Notes: generated from the letters alone by a model not told the origin. 64,000 bases of DNA from Promethearchaeota archaeon (GCA_019058245.1 JAHPZJ010000014.1:32001-96000), one strand, 5' to 3'. Counted from the stretch's first letter, positions 31,852 to 41,364 are shown. Numbers and translations: made by a program.

Positions 31852-33087
31852 ATGAATCATCAAAAAATAGGCAAATTAATTAATTATTCAAATAAAACCA
31901 TTGAGATTGAAAATAGTAACCGTATTGCTATTGTTAAGGTTAAGGATTATAATCCTGAAAATGTTCGAAGTGGATTATTAAGAATCATAGAATTGTTAAA
32001 ACCATCTTTTTTTGACGATGATTTGATTCATAAATCTGTATTACTAAAGCCAAATGTGCTAGCACCTGATAAAATGGCATTTACAAACGAAAATGTGGTA
32101 GAACAATTAGCTGAAATATTAAAAAAGCAGGGTGTAAAAAAGCTTCTTATCGGAGATAGTACAATGACAAAATTAATAACAAAGATGGCTCATAGAAAAT
32201 CAGGATTGGCAGATATAGCTGAAAAACTTGGAGAAAAAATGATAAATTTTCTGGAAGATGAATTTGTTACAATATCACACGATTCATTCAGAGTATCTAA
32301 AGTGATTAGAATTCCTAAGACAGTTTTTAATGCAGATATTATAATTAATTTACCAAAAATGAAGACTCATGCAGGATATGTCTTTACTGGGGCTATCAAG
32401 AACTTTTTCGGATTAATGGAAGATAAAATATCAATGCATAAAATTTACAAGGATAAACTCTTGTTTCAAAGAATGCTGGGAGATATTCACCAAGCAGTTT
32501 TATGTTGCGGAGAAAAAGAACGTATAAAACCAGTTTTACATATAATGGATGCCATAGAAGCTATGGAGGGGAAAGGTCCTAGAAGCGGTAAACATAAAAA
32601 ATATAATTGTTTAATAGGTTCATTCTCCCCTGTCGCTCTTGATGCATTAGCTTTTTCATTAATGGGAGGTAATCCAGAAGATCTAGAAGCTCTCAAATCT
32701 TTGTCCGAGACAAATTTATGGGAAAGGAATGTAAATAGATTAGAAGTAATAGGAGATAATTGGGAAGATTTTAAAGATAATGCCCAGATACCTCCTTTAG
32801 AAACTCTTAATTCCATAAGAACAGGAGGATCCTTAATTGAACGATTTGCTGTACCTCTTATTAGATCATTCCATCCAAGAATAAAAATAAATTCTAAAAA
32901 GTGTAAATTATGTATGAATTGTATATCTCATTGTCCAATGCAAGCATTGTATTTTGATGAAAATAAAAATAAAATTAAAGTTAATCGCTCAAAATGCATT
33001 AATTGTTTTTGCTGTGGAGAAATTTGTCCAAATAATGCTGTACAGCAAAAAAGACCAATATCGAAATTTATTCCATTAATTAAATAG
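31852..33087 (+). CDS. DUF362 protein with a C-terminal 2x[4Fe-4S] ferredoxin domain
   Basis: VLLKPN, INLPKMKTH, TGAIKNFFG, MEGKGP, CKLCMNCISHCP / CINCFCCGEICP. Confidence 0.85.
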   Translation: MNHQKIGKLINYSNKTIEIENSNRIAIVKVKDYNPENVRSGLLRIIELLKPSFFDDDLIHKSVLLKPNVLAPDKMAFTNENVVEQLAEILKKQGVKKLLIGDSTMTKLITKMAHRKSGLADIAEKLGEKMINFLEDEFVTISHDSFRVSKVIRIPKTVFNADIIINLPKMKTHAGYVFTGAIKNFFGLMEDKISMHKIYKDKLLFQRMLGDIHQAVLCCGEKERIKPVLHIMDAIEAMEGKGPRSGKHKKYNCLIGSFSPVALDALAFSLMGGNPEDLEALKSLSETNLWERNVNRLEVIGDNWEDFKDNAQIPPLETLNSIRTGGSLIERFAVPLIRSFHPRIKINSKKCKLCMNCISHCPMQALYFDENKNKIKVNRSKCINCFCCGEICPNNAVQQKRPISKFIPLIK

Positions 33088-33124
33088 AGTCTAAAAAGAA
33101 TATATTAAAAAATTCTTTTGATTA

Positions 33125-34276
33125 TTATGCTAACACAGTTTTTAGTTTTAGCCTTTCTTGTACTCCAGGGATTTCATAATCCCATTTTTCTATAGTAAAA
33201 CTCCAATTATATTTAATTTTTTCAATTATCTCTTTTGTAAATTTATAGTTATTCTTCTTATAACCTTGAATTGATCTTAAATATTTTTTGAGTTTAGGTT
33301 TTACCGTGTCAAATCCATTAAGATTAAACTGAGTATATATGCGATTTAATTCATATATGGGGTTTTCTTCAAGGTTTTCAAACCTTATTTCAATTAGATT
33401 CCTTTTAGGAATCAAACTCTTATTTTGAAAGTAATCTGTCATCATTTTTTTATAGATATTAAAGATATATTTTTCTATTTCCTCATCTGATAATTTTTGG
33501 AGCATGAAAATCTGAATTGCTTTTTTATAAAAATTCTTTGTGGAAAAAAAAACAGTATAAGGATTTCGATAGATATGAATAAATTTTGCTGTAGGAAATA
33601 TTTTTAATAGAATCTTAATTCGGGATGTATTTACTGGACTTTTGAGAATCAATTGTTTCCCTCTCCAATAGTAAGTTATTTTCTTTAATAGAAAAAGATA
33701 TTTTTGTTTCCATAAATTTATTTCTTTTTTTGAAAAATCTTTAAATCGAATAAAATGATCATATTGTTTTGACAATCCTTTTGGCAAGTACCAACCATTA
33801 TAAAAAGAGTATGGAATAAGGTTTCCTAAAGCCATCTCTTCTTCAGTTGGGGAATACACTCTAAGTTCCATATTATCCATTGGTCGAATCTCTGGTAAAT
33901 ATCTCTTAAGAATTGTAAAACATAATTTATTGCTTAAAAATGATTTTGGAAAAGTTGCTTGAAGCATATCTATATATCCAAACTGAGAATCTTGACATAA
34001 TAAATTTTGAAGGTGAGTTGTGCCTGTTCTCCAATGACCTATAATAAATATTGGTGGTTTTGAAAAATTAATATTATTTAATATTTTTCGGTACCGTAAA
34101 GATTCATAGATTTCAAAGGGAGTAAAGATGGGTTTAATTAAATTAATTAAGAAAATTCTAGGGAAATAATACTTAAAATTCTTAATTCCCTCATTCAAAA
34201 ATAATTTCATCCAATTGTGAAAAGAGAGACCAATTGAAGGTCCTAATTTATTCATTATTTCATTAATTTTTGTCAT
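33125..34276 (-). CDS. Sulfotransferase family protein (Stf3 / omega-hydroxy-menaquinone sulfotransferase-like)
   Basis: PIFIIGHWRTGTTHL 5'-PSB loop, RPMDNM, LKSP, FIHIYRNPY…S 3'-PB motif. Confidence 0.85.
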   Translation of the reverse strand: MTKINEIMNKLGPSIGLSFHNWMKLFLNEGIKNFKYYFPRIFLINLIKPIFTPFEIYESLRYRKILNNINFSKPPIFIIGHWRTGTTHLQNLLCQDSQFGYIDMLQATFPKSFLSNKLCFTILKRYLPEIRPMDNMELRVYSPTEEEMALGNLIPYSFYNGWYLPKGLSKQYDHFIRFKDFSKKEINLWKQKYLFLLKKITYYWRGKQLILKSPVNTSRIKILLKIFPTAKFIHIYRNPYTVFFSTKNFYKKAIQIFMLQKLSDEEIEKYIFNIYKKMMTDYFQNKSLIPKRNLIEIRFENLEENPIYELNRIYTQFNLNGFDTVKPKLKKYLRSIQGYKKNNYKFTKEIIEKIKYNWSFTIEKWDYEIPGVQERLKLKTVLA

Positions 34277-34431
34277 TTTTTATACTAACTTCCCCCCCGA
34301 CCCATGAAAGTATATCGTTTTATTATTGACTGAAAATAAATTATGTAATCTATACAGAAACATTTTTGCATTACCTCAATATAAATAAAAATTATTAGGC
34401 GAATGTCTAAAAGTCTATAAATAATTATATT

Positions 34432-34540
34432 AATTTGAATAGATTTTGGGAATGCCCTCCCTTATTTCAATATTATGATATAATAAGTTTTAGGTTAATA
34501 ATAAACCTTTAGTTTATCTCAAATGACTTTAATATTTTTA
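34432..34540 (-). repeat. Right copy of the 109-bp inverted repeat
   Basis: Reverse complement matches 31686-31794 with 5 mismatches. Confidence 0.92.
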
Positions 34541-34761
34541 GGTAAAAAAATCCAAAACTGTATTATAATTTTAAAAAAAAAAGGGCTATAAATTTACTAA
34601 CTTCTAAATAAAAATTTACTATCTTTAATAGACTATTTCTATTTACTCAATTTTACAAAATATTAAATAAAACTTTTGTTATAATAATAGTAATTTCGAA
34701 TGAAATCCAAAGAATAAGATAAACTAATAATTAAAACTTTTAAAAAAATCCAAAATTAATA

Positions 34762-35655
34762 GTGAATGAAATGATTTTTCAAATAGCGGATTCCAGATAT
34801 CTTAACATGATACTTATTATTTTTGTTATTCTAGCATTTATTCTGGTTTTTTGGTGGAAATTAGGGAGATCCATAAAATTGGTGGAATTTCGTGTAATCG
34901 CTCTTTTTTTTCTCTCATTAGGAGTAATGATTGAGGTTGTTATGCTTGTAGATGTTTTAGGTTCTAATCCTCTTATACTCGCCATCGGTTATCCCCTTTC
35001 ATTTGCTTTTATTATTTATACGTCACTATTCATAACTAGAATTGTCTCACAGCAGCGAAAGAAAATAGAATCTAATTTAAAAGCAAGCTCTAAAGCATCG
35101 ATTAATGTAGCAAACATTGCAACCGAACTCGCTGCTAACGCAAATGAAGTTAATGCTGCAGCAGAGGAAATAGCCTCATCAACTCAACAAATAGTAAATG
35201 AGAGTAAAAAGATGACAGTTTCATCCAATGAAATTAAAAATATAATGGATATTATTATTAATATTGCTGAACAAACAAACCTTTTAGCATTAAATGCTAG
35301 TATTGAAGCAGGAAGGGCAGGTGAAAGTGGAAGAGGCTTTGGGGTCGTAGCAGATGAAGTAAGAAAACTCGCTGAGGAATCAAGAAAAGTTGTAAACCAA
35401 AGTGGAACTACAATAACCGATATTATAAATAAAATTCATATAATTACAAGTTCATTGGAAGAAATAAGTGTAGCAACACAACAACAAACTGAATCAATGG
35501 AACAAATATCTTCAACAGCGAATGATTTAGGAGAAATGGCAGAAAGATTAAAAGAAAGCTTTCTTAAAAATGTTGAAGAAATCAAGGAAAAAGAAAAGGA
35601 TTTGAAGACAGATTCTAATTCTATTTATCAAAAAAAAATCATTAAAATGAATTAA
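34762..35655 (+). CDS. Membrane-anchored methyl-accepting chemotaxis-like signalling domain protein
   Basis: 3 N-terminal TM helices; [38 protein letters not shown] hairpin tip. Confidence 0.9.
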   Translation: MNEMIFQIADSRYLNMILIIFVILAFILVFWWKLGRSIKLVEFRVIALFFLSLGVMIEVVMLVDVLGSNPLILAIGYPLSFAFIIYTSLFITRIVSQQRKKIESNLKASSKASINVANIATELAANANEVNAAAEEIASSTQQIVNESKKMTVSSNEIKNIMDIIINIAEQTNLLALNASIEAGRAGESGRGFGVVADEVRKLAEESRKVVNQSGTTITDIINKIHIITSSLEEISVATQQQTESMEQISSTANDLGEMAERLKESFLKNVEEIKEKEKDLKTDSNSIYQKKIIKMN

Positions 35656-36210
35656 CTATTGTTTTTTTTAAATATTTTAAATTTGTCGACCAAACTACTA
35701 AATTGAGTTAAAAAAAAGACCTCTTTTCATATTATTTAGCTTTTAAAAGTAGTTTTTACTTATCGATTTTGATTTAACAAAAGACAATTGAAAATATTTC
35801 AAGAAACTGGAAATTTTAACAAAAACAATAAAAAAACAATTAAGAATATAAAAAAGGAAGTTTATTTTAATTATCTTCCCTTCTAAGAGATATATTTTTT
35901 ATTATTTATCATAAAAAATAAATTAAAATAGGGAGGAAAAAACTTGTGAGCATATTAAATTTAGAGTTAAATGGAATATTATTGTTTAAATATCCTATTT
36001 TTTGATTCTAAATCTCATTCTATTATAATAGAGGCCTTGTTATACATCCTAATTTATTATATAGTAAAAAGAAACGGTTACCAAGTATTCTTTGTAATAA
36101 TTTAAAAAAATTAATTAAACATGCTGAATTTTTTATCATTACATATTGAGTAGATTAAGAATAACATATTCAAATTATAAAATATAACTTAGGATTTTTG
36201 GTGTAGTAGC

Positions 36211-36288
36211 ATGGAAACGTTATATGATTATACCTTCTTTGTAGGCAAAGAAAATTCTGAAATAGATATTCCAAAGTTAGAACGTTAA
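36211..36288 (+). pseudogene. Orphan 3' fragment of rps4e (METLYDYTFFVGKENSEIDIPKLER*), probably the displaced original C-terminus
   Basis: Aligns with the rps4e end ETLYDYTFVLGEDQLEISIPE*; stops 30 bp before the rpl5 ATG. Confidence 0.8.
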
Positions 36289-36318
36289 TAAATAATGTAC
36301 AGAATGATGTGAAAAAAA

Positions 36319-36912
36319 ATGTCAAGTAAATCAAAAACGAAAATTTCATCGACTCTTTCAAAAGAATTTGAAGAAAAATGGAAAAACCCTATGAAAAAAC
36401 CATATCTAGAAAAGCTAGTTCTAAATATTGGTGTTGGTCTTGGGGGAGAAGAATTAGAAAAAGCAGTAAACGTTTTAGAAACGATTACAGGTCAAAAGGC
36501 AATTAAGACTAAATCAAAAACAAATGTGAAAGAATTTAATTTAAGAAAAGGACGACCTATAGGTACGAAACTTACTATTAGGGGTCAAGATGCTGAAAAA
36601 TTACTTAAAAGATTATTAATTGTTAATAATAATAAAATATTAAGAAAAAGTTTTGATAATTATGGTAATTTTGGTTTTGGAATAACTGAACATATCTCTA
36701 TCCCTGGTATTGAGTATGATAATGAAATTGGGATATGGGGTTTGGATTGTGTAGGACGAGTAGTTAGACCTGGAATGAGAGTAAAATCTAGACGAAAAGC
36801 TCGAACAAAAGTTCCAAAACATCATTATGTACAACGAGGAGAAACCCAATATTTTTTAAAACAAAAGTTTGGAGTTGAAATTGTAGAAAAATTAGAATTA
36901 GATTATTTTTAA
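36319..36912 (+). CDS. rpl5: 50S ribosomal protein uL5
   Basis: NPM, KLVLNIGVG, IGTKLTIRG, GNFGFGITEHI, RPGMRV. Confidence 0.96.
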   Translation: MSSKSKTKISSTLSKEFEEKWKNPMKKPYLEKLVLNIGVGLGGEELEKAVNVLETITGQKAIKTKSKTNVKEFNLRKGRPIGTKLTIRGQDAEKLLKRLLIVNNNKILRKSFDNYGNFGFGITEHISIPGIEYDNEIGIWGLDCVGRVVRPGMRVKSRRKARTKVPKHHYVQRGETQYFLKQKFGVEIVEKLELDYF

Positions 36913-36931
36913 TATGTTTAGGTGAAAAAAG

Positions 36932-37081
36932 ATACCACAAGGCAAACATTACGGCAAAGGCCAGAGAGAATGTAGAAGATGTCATACTCATAGAGGAGTA
37001 ATACGACGTTATGGATTATATATATGTAGACGATGTTTTTATGAAATTGGGAAAGATATTGGATTTAAAAGATTTGAATAA
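36932..37081 (+). CDS. rps14: 30S ribosomal protein uS14 (zinc-binding), missed by the ORF track; probable ATA start
   Basis: (M)[48 protein letters not shown]; SD AGGTGA at 36920-36925; position between rpl5 and rps8. Confidence 0.93.
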   Translation: MPQGKHYGKGQRECRRCHTHRGVIRRYGLYICRRCFYEIGKDIGFKRFE

Positions 37082-37108
37082 ATATTAGAAAAAAGAGAGT
37101 GAATATCC

Positions 37109-37492
37109 ATGACAAATACCATAGCAGATGCATGTTGCGCCCTCAAAAATGCAGAAAGAGCACGCAAAAAGGAAGTTATAATTAGCCCTGCTTCTAAGGT
37201 CCTCCAACAGATTCTTCGAATATTCCAAAGACAAGCATATATTGGAGAATTCGAAAGATATGATGATGGAAGGCAAGGTAAATTTAAGATAGCATTATTA
37301 GGTAAAATGAATGAATGTTCAGGATTAATGAGACTAAATTATAAAGTATCTCAATTTGAAATGTTAGAAAGAAAATTATTACCCGCACCGGGATTAGGGA
37401 TAATAATCCTCACCACAAATCAAGGTATAATGACAATGAGTGAGGCAGAAGAAAACCACATTGGTGGACATACTTTATGTTATATTTATTAA
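37109..37492 (+). CDS. rps8: 30S ribosomal protein uS8
   Basis: NAERARK, YIGEFE..DDGRQGK, LLPA..G.IILTT.QGIM. Confidence 0.96.
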   Translation: MTNTIADACCALKNAERARKKEVIISPASKVLQQILRIFQRQAYIGEFERYDDGRQGKFKIALLGKMNECSGLMRLNYKVSQFEMLERKLLPAPGLGIIILTTNQGIMTMSEAEENHIGGHTLCYIY

Positions 37493-37514
37493 TCTATTAC
37501 GAGGAAAATATCAA

Positions 37515-38093
37515 ATGGTAAAAATTGCGTTCTTCAAAGAAGAATTGGAAATCCCTGCTGATGTTAAAGTGACATTAGAAGGAGGACATCATATTCGAAT
37601 TAAAGGTTCAAATGGTAATATAACAAAAGATTTCTCACATATTAGAGGTATAAAGGTTTCAGTTGAGAAAAATAAAATTATTTTTATAACTAACTTTCCC
37701 AAAAGTGGTACATTAGCTTTAATTAAAACTGTTGTCAGCATTATTAATAATTTAATTATCGGTGTTCAAACAAATTACAAATACGTATCTAAAATTTGTT
37801 ATTCACATTTTCCTTGTAATTGCGAAGTAAAATCTGATAAGAAAGAGATTCATGTAGTTAATTTCTTAGGAGAAAGAGCCCCTAGGAAAGCAAAATATCC
37901 TGATAATGTAAAAGTTGAAGTAAAGGGGGATGATGTATATTTTATTGGACCAGATAAAGAAGCATTAGGTCAAACAGCCGCTAATGTTAAAAGAGCTTGT
38001 CGTATTCGGAAAAAAGATCCTCGAGTTTTTCAAGATGGTGTCTATTTATACAAAAAAATGATTGGAGATGAAACCATCTGGGAAATCACCTAA
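37515..38093 (+). CDS. rpl6: 50S ribosomal protein uL6
   Basis: YSHFP, NFLGERAPR, GQTAAN, KDPRVFQDGVY; start corrected to MVKIAFF. Confidence 0.95.
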   Translation: MVKIAFFKEELEIPADVKVTLEGGHHIRIKGSNGNITKDFSHIRGIKVSVEKNKIIFITNFPKSGTLALIKTVVSIINNLIIGVQTNYKYVSKICYSHFPCNCEVKSDKKEIHVVNFLGERAPRKAKYPDNVKVEVKGDDVYFIGPDKEALGQTAANVKRACRIRKKDPRVFQDGVYLYKKMIGDETIWEIT

Positions 38094-38108
38094 AGTAAGG
38101 TAATTATT

Positions 38109-38630
38109 ATGATACAAGATAAAAGATTATTAGAACTGCGGAAAAAAATAAATAAAACACGACCTTCATTTCGACGGGTAGAATCGTGGCGATATAAGAG
38201 AGTTAAAGATTCATGGCGGAAAGCTCGAGGCATTGACTCAAAAACAAGAAAAAAAAAGAAGTCCGGTGTTAAATCCCCCTCAGTTGGATATAGATCACCA
38301 AAGAAAGTAAGAGGTTTGCATCCTTCAGGGTATATAGAAGCAAGGATTATAACAATCCAAGATTTAGAAAATCTTAACAAAAATAAACATGCTGTCAAAA
38401 TCTCAAGTAAATTGGGTTCAAAAAAACGAATAGCCCTTATTGATTTTTGTCAAAAAAGGGGCTTTAAAGTATTAAATCTTGGTATTTCTCAAAAAGAAAT
38501 TGAGAGTTTAGAGGCACTCGCAGAAGCTCCTTTATATGAGGAGATGGAAGATGAAGAATTTTTAGATAATGATGATTTAGAAGAATCTCTTGAAATAGAT
38601 GATAAAAATGCCAAAAAAAAGAGGCGGTGA
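38109..38630 (+). CDS. rpl32e: 50S ribosomal protein eL32 with an acidic C-terminal extension
   Basis: PSFRR, WRKARGIDSK, GYRSP..VRGLHPSG. Confidence 0.95.
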   Translation: MIQDKRLLELRKKINKTRPSFRRVESWRYKRVKDSWRKARGIDSKTRKKKKSGVKSPSVGYRSPKKVRGLHPSGYIEARIITIQDLENLNKNKHAVKISSKLGSKKRIALIDFCQKRGFKVLNLGISQKEIESLEALAEAPLYEEMEDEEFLDNDDLEESLEIDDKNAKKKRR

Positions 38631-38636
38631 TAATAA

Positions 38637-39098
38637 ATGAATTTAAAACCACAAAAAAGAATGGCAGCAGAACTTCTAAAATGCGGAGAGAATAGAGTTT
38701 ATTTTGATCCTTATTTAATCGAAGATATTTCACTGGCAATAACTCGAGAAGATATTCGTAGTTTAATAAAGCAAGGTGTAATACAGAAAAAATATGAAAC
38801 AGGTATTTCAAATTACCGAAAAAATCAACGACATGAAAGGAAGAAGAAAGGAAGAGCTAGAGGATTAGGAAAGCGTAAAGGTACAAAGTATGCAAGAACA
38901 CCAAAAAAGAAAACCTGGATTAGACGAATACGTCCAATTAGACGAGAACTTAAAAAACTAAGGGACAGGAAATTAATTACTCCCGCTAATTATCGAAAAT
39001 TATATAAGAATGCTAAAGGTGGAATGTTTAATAGTATTGCTCAGTTAAATCGATATATTCGAGAAAAAGAATTAATAAGAAGAGGAAGAGGTCGGTAG
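38637..39098 (+). CDS. rpl19e: 50S ribosomal protein eL19
   Basis: QKRMAAELLKCGENRV, AITREDIR, G.RKGTKYAR, W..RIR. Confidence 0.96.
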   Translation: MNLKPQKRMAAELLKCGENRVYFDPYLIEDISLAITREDIRSLIKQGVIQKKYETGISNYRKNQRHERKKKGRARGLGKRKGTKYARTPKKKTWIRRIRPIRRELKKLRDRKLITPANYRKLYKNAKGGMFNSIAQLNRYIREKELIRRGRGR

Positions 39099-39100
39099 AA

Positions 39101-39694
39101 ATGGCTAAAGGTCCAAGGTATAGAAGATCATTTCGAAGGCGTCATGAGGGTAAAACGGATTTTCATAAAAGATTAAAATTGTTGAAATCAAGAAAACTAA
39201 GAATAGTTATTCGAGCTTCAAATAATCATGTGAGAGTTCAACTAGTTCAGTCCAAATTAGGTGGGGATAAAATTTTAATCTCAGCATTTTCGAAAGAATT
39301 AACCTCTAAATATGGATGGAATGTAAACACAGGAAATATTCCAGCTGCTTATTTAACCGGATATTTAGCAGGATTAAGGGCGAAAAAGCAAAATATTCAG
39401 GAAGGTATCTTTGATTTAGGCGTTTTCTACCATCGAAATCGAGTACTTGCTGCTTGTAAAGGATTAATAGATGCTGGAATTAATATTCCATATCGTGAAG
39501 AATTTTTTCCAGAAAGTTTAGAAGAGCGAATTAAAGGAATTCATATTGAAGATTATGCCAAGACTCTAAAATCAAATGCGCCAGAAATTTATGAACAACT
39601 TTTCTCAGGATATCTAAACAAGAATAAAATAAATCCAATGAAAATAAGTCAAATGATTACAGATTCATCAAAAAAAATAGAAAATCAAATTTAA
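39101..39694 (+). CDS. rpl18: 50S ribosomal protein uL18
   Basis: GPRY..FRRRHEGKTD, NIPAAYLTG, FDLG. Confidence 0.96.
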   Translation: MAKGPRYRRSFRRRHEGKTDFHKRLKLLKSRKLRIVIRASNNHVRVQLVQSKLGGDKILISAFSKELTSKYGWNVNTGNIPAAYLTGYLAGLRAKKQNIQEGIFDLGVFYHRNRVLAACKGLIDAGINIPYREEFFPESLEERIKGIHIEDYAKTLKSNAPEIYEQLFSGYLNKNKINPMKISQMITDSSKKIENQI

Positions 39695-39707
39695 AAATGT
39701 GAATTAA

Positions 39708-40322
39708 ATGAGTCGTTTAAGAAATATAGATGAAGAATGGACCCCAAAGACGCGTTTAGGCGAATTAGTTCAGCAAGGGCTCATGACATTAGATAAAATT
39801 TTTCAAAATAATTTAGTTGTAAAAGAAAAAGAAATAATTAATATATTACTCCCACAACTCAAAGAAGATGTAATAACAATACGTATGATACAAAAAATGA
39901 CCGCTAGTGGCCAGCGTAGCAGATTTAAAGCGGTAGTCATTGTAGGATCTGATGGCTTTCTAGGAGTAGGTGCGTCTAAAAGTAAAGAAGTCGGACCAGC
40001 CATTAGAAAAGCAATTGATAAAGCTAAACTTTCTGTTATTCCAATACTTAGAGGTTGTGGAAGTAAAGAATGTGGATGTGGAGGAACACATAGTATACCT
40101 TTTAAAATTAGAGGCAAATGTGGTTCAGTGAGAATCCAATTAATACCAGCACCTGCAGGAGTAGGACTAGCTTGTGCGGATAAAGTAAAACAAGTTCTAA
40201 AATTATGCGGAATTGAAGATGTGTGGAGTAAAACGTATGGTGATACAAGGACGAGTGAGAATCTAGTTAAAGCTACCTTTGATGCACTAAAAAATGCTCA
40301 TAAATTTAACTTCAATATATAA
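39708..40322 (+). CDS. rps5: 30S ribosomal protein uS5
   Basis: WTPKTRLG, GQRSRFKAVV, RGCGS.EC.CG..HS, LIPAPAG.GL. Confidence 0.96.
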   Translation: MSRLRNIDEEWTPKTRLGELVQQGLMTLDKIFQNNLVVKEKEIINILLPQLKEDVITIRMIQKMTASGQRSRFKAVVIVGSDGFLGVGASKSKEVGPAIRKAIDKAKLSVIPILRGCGSKECGCGGTHSIPFKIRGKCGSVRIQLIPAPAGVGLACADKVKQVLKLCGIEDVWSKTYGDTRTSENLVKATFDALKNAHKFNFNI

Positions 40323-40339
40323 AATAGAGTGGTGTAGGA

Positions 40340-40864
40340 ATGGCTATGGCAAAAAAAAAATCAAAATTGAAGGAAACAAATCTTACTCCAAAATTATATT
40401 TTGCAGTCCGTATTAGAGGTGCTCCTGGTATGAGGAGAAAAATATTGGATACATTAAAGATTCTTAGAATGCATAAAGTCAATCATGGGGTATTAATTTG
40501 GGGTACTCCTTCCTATAAAGGTATGCTTACAAAGTGTAAAGATTATATTGCTTATGGAGTAATTGATGAGAAGACTTTAGTAAGGTTACTAAGAGTTAGA
40601 GGAAGAGTAGAAGGTAACAAGATGCTTACTGAAGAATACATTAAGAAATTAACTGACTATAAAAGCTTTAAGGAATTAGCTAAAGCACTACTTAACGGAG
40701 AAATACAATATCGAGAAAAATATATCTATAAAATTAAACCAGTATTCCGATTGCATCCCCCAAGAAAAGGACATAGAGGTACTATTAAGAAACATTACAA
40801 TGAAGGAGGATCACTAGGGAATGTTGGTCTATATATAAATGAAATAATCTACAAAATGCTCTAA
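40340..40864 (+). CDS. rpl30: 50S ribosomal protein uL30
   Basis: AVRIRG, DYIAYG, FRLHPPRKG, GGSLG. Confidence 0.95.
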   Translation: MAMAKKKSKLKETNLTPKLYFAVRIRGAPGMRRKILDTLKILRMHKVNHGVLIWGTPSYKGMLTKCKDYIAYGVIDEKTLVRLLRVRGRVEGNKMLTEEYIKKLTDYKSFKELAKALLNGEIQYREKYIYKIKPVFRLHPPRKGHRGTIKKHYNEGGSLGNVGLYINEIIYKML

Positions 40865-40881
40865 CCTGAAGGTGAATTATT

Positions 40882-41364
40882 ATTACACGAAAATATCCTA
40901 AAAAAGTTCGAAGTATGAGAGGAAGACGTACTCACGGGTATGGGAGAGTAGGCCAGCATAGAAAAACTGGACAACGTGCGGGAAGAGGAAAAACTACTCA
41001 ATGGAAAAAAAGTAAAAAGACCTATTATTTAAAACAAAAAGAACTAGGGTTTCCAGATCCTGATTGGGATTTTGGAAAGAAGGGTTTTAAAAGACCGCAA
41101 GATATACTCCGAATTTATAAAGTTAATACAATAAATGTAAAAGACTTAGACCAAAAGATTGATAATCTCCTCATTGATAATAAAGCTACGAAATCTGGTA
41201 ATACTTATAGCATCAATATGGATGAAATTAATATTCAGAAACTATTAGGAAAAGGAGAAATTCATAAAGTAGTCAATGTAACCGTAAATAACGCATCGCA
41301 AAAAGCTGTTGAAAAAATAGAAGCTGCTGGTGGCAAAATTACACTACTTTCTCAAACAGAATAA
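40882..41364 (+). CDS. rpl15: 50S ribosomal protein uL15; probable ATT start upstream of the annotated ATG
   Basis: (M)TRKYPKKVRSMRGRRTHGYG…FGKKGF…KLLGKG…EKIEAAGG; SD GGTGA at 40871-40875; exact start uncertain (40879/40882/40915). Confidence 0.93.
   Translation: MTRKYPKKVRSMRGRRTHGYGRVGQHRKTGQRAGRGKTTQWKKSKKTYYLKQKELGFPDPDWDFGKKGFKRPQDILRIYKVNTINVKDLDQKIDNLLIDNKATKSGNTYSINMDEINIQKLLGKGEIHKVVNVTVNNASQKAVEKIEAAGGKITLLSQTE

Larger units (their letters stand above)
31530..36233. mobile_element. Integrase-less genomic island inserted in the rps4e 3' end, bounded by 13-bp direct repeats TATATGATTATAC
   Basis: Direct repeats at 31530-31542 and 36221-36233 (offset 4691, within GAAACnnTATATGATTATACnTT); duplicated eS4 C-terminus; interrupts the normally adjacent rps4e-rpl5 pair. 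Confidence 0.72.

Noticed and set aside
31686-34540. Inverted repeats as the ends of an autonomous IS or composite transposon
   Set aside because: No transposase inside or nearby and no target-site duplication visible; kept only as an unexplained repeat
36914-36931. ATG TTT AGG TGA in frame with uS14, suggesting a selenocysteine read-through ribosomal protein
   Set aside because: The TGA is part of the AGGTGA Shine-Dalgarno, aligns to no conserved Cys, and I see no SECIS-like hairpin; an ATA start is more parsimonious
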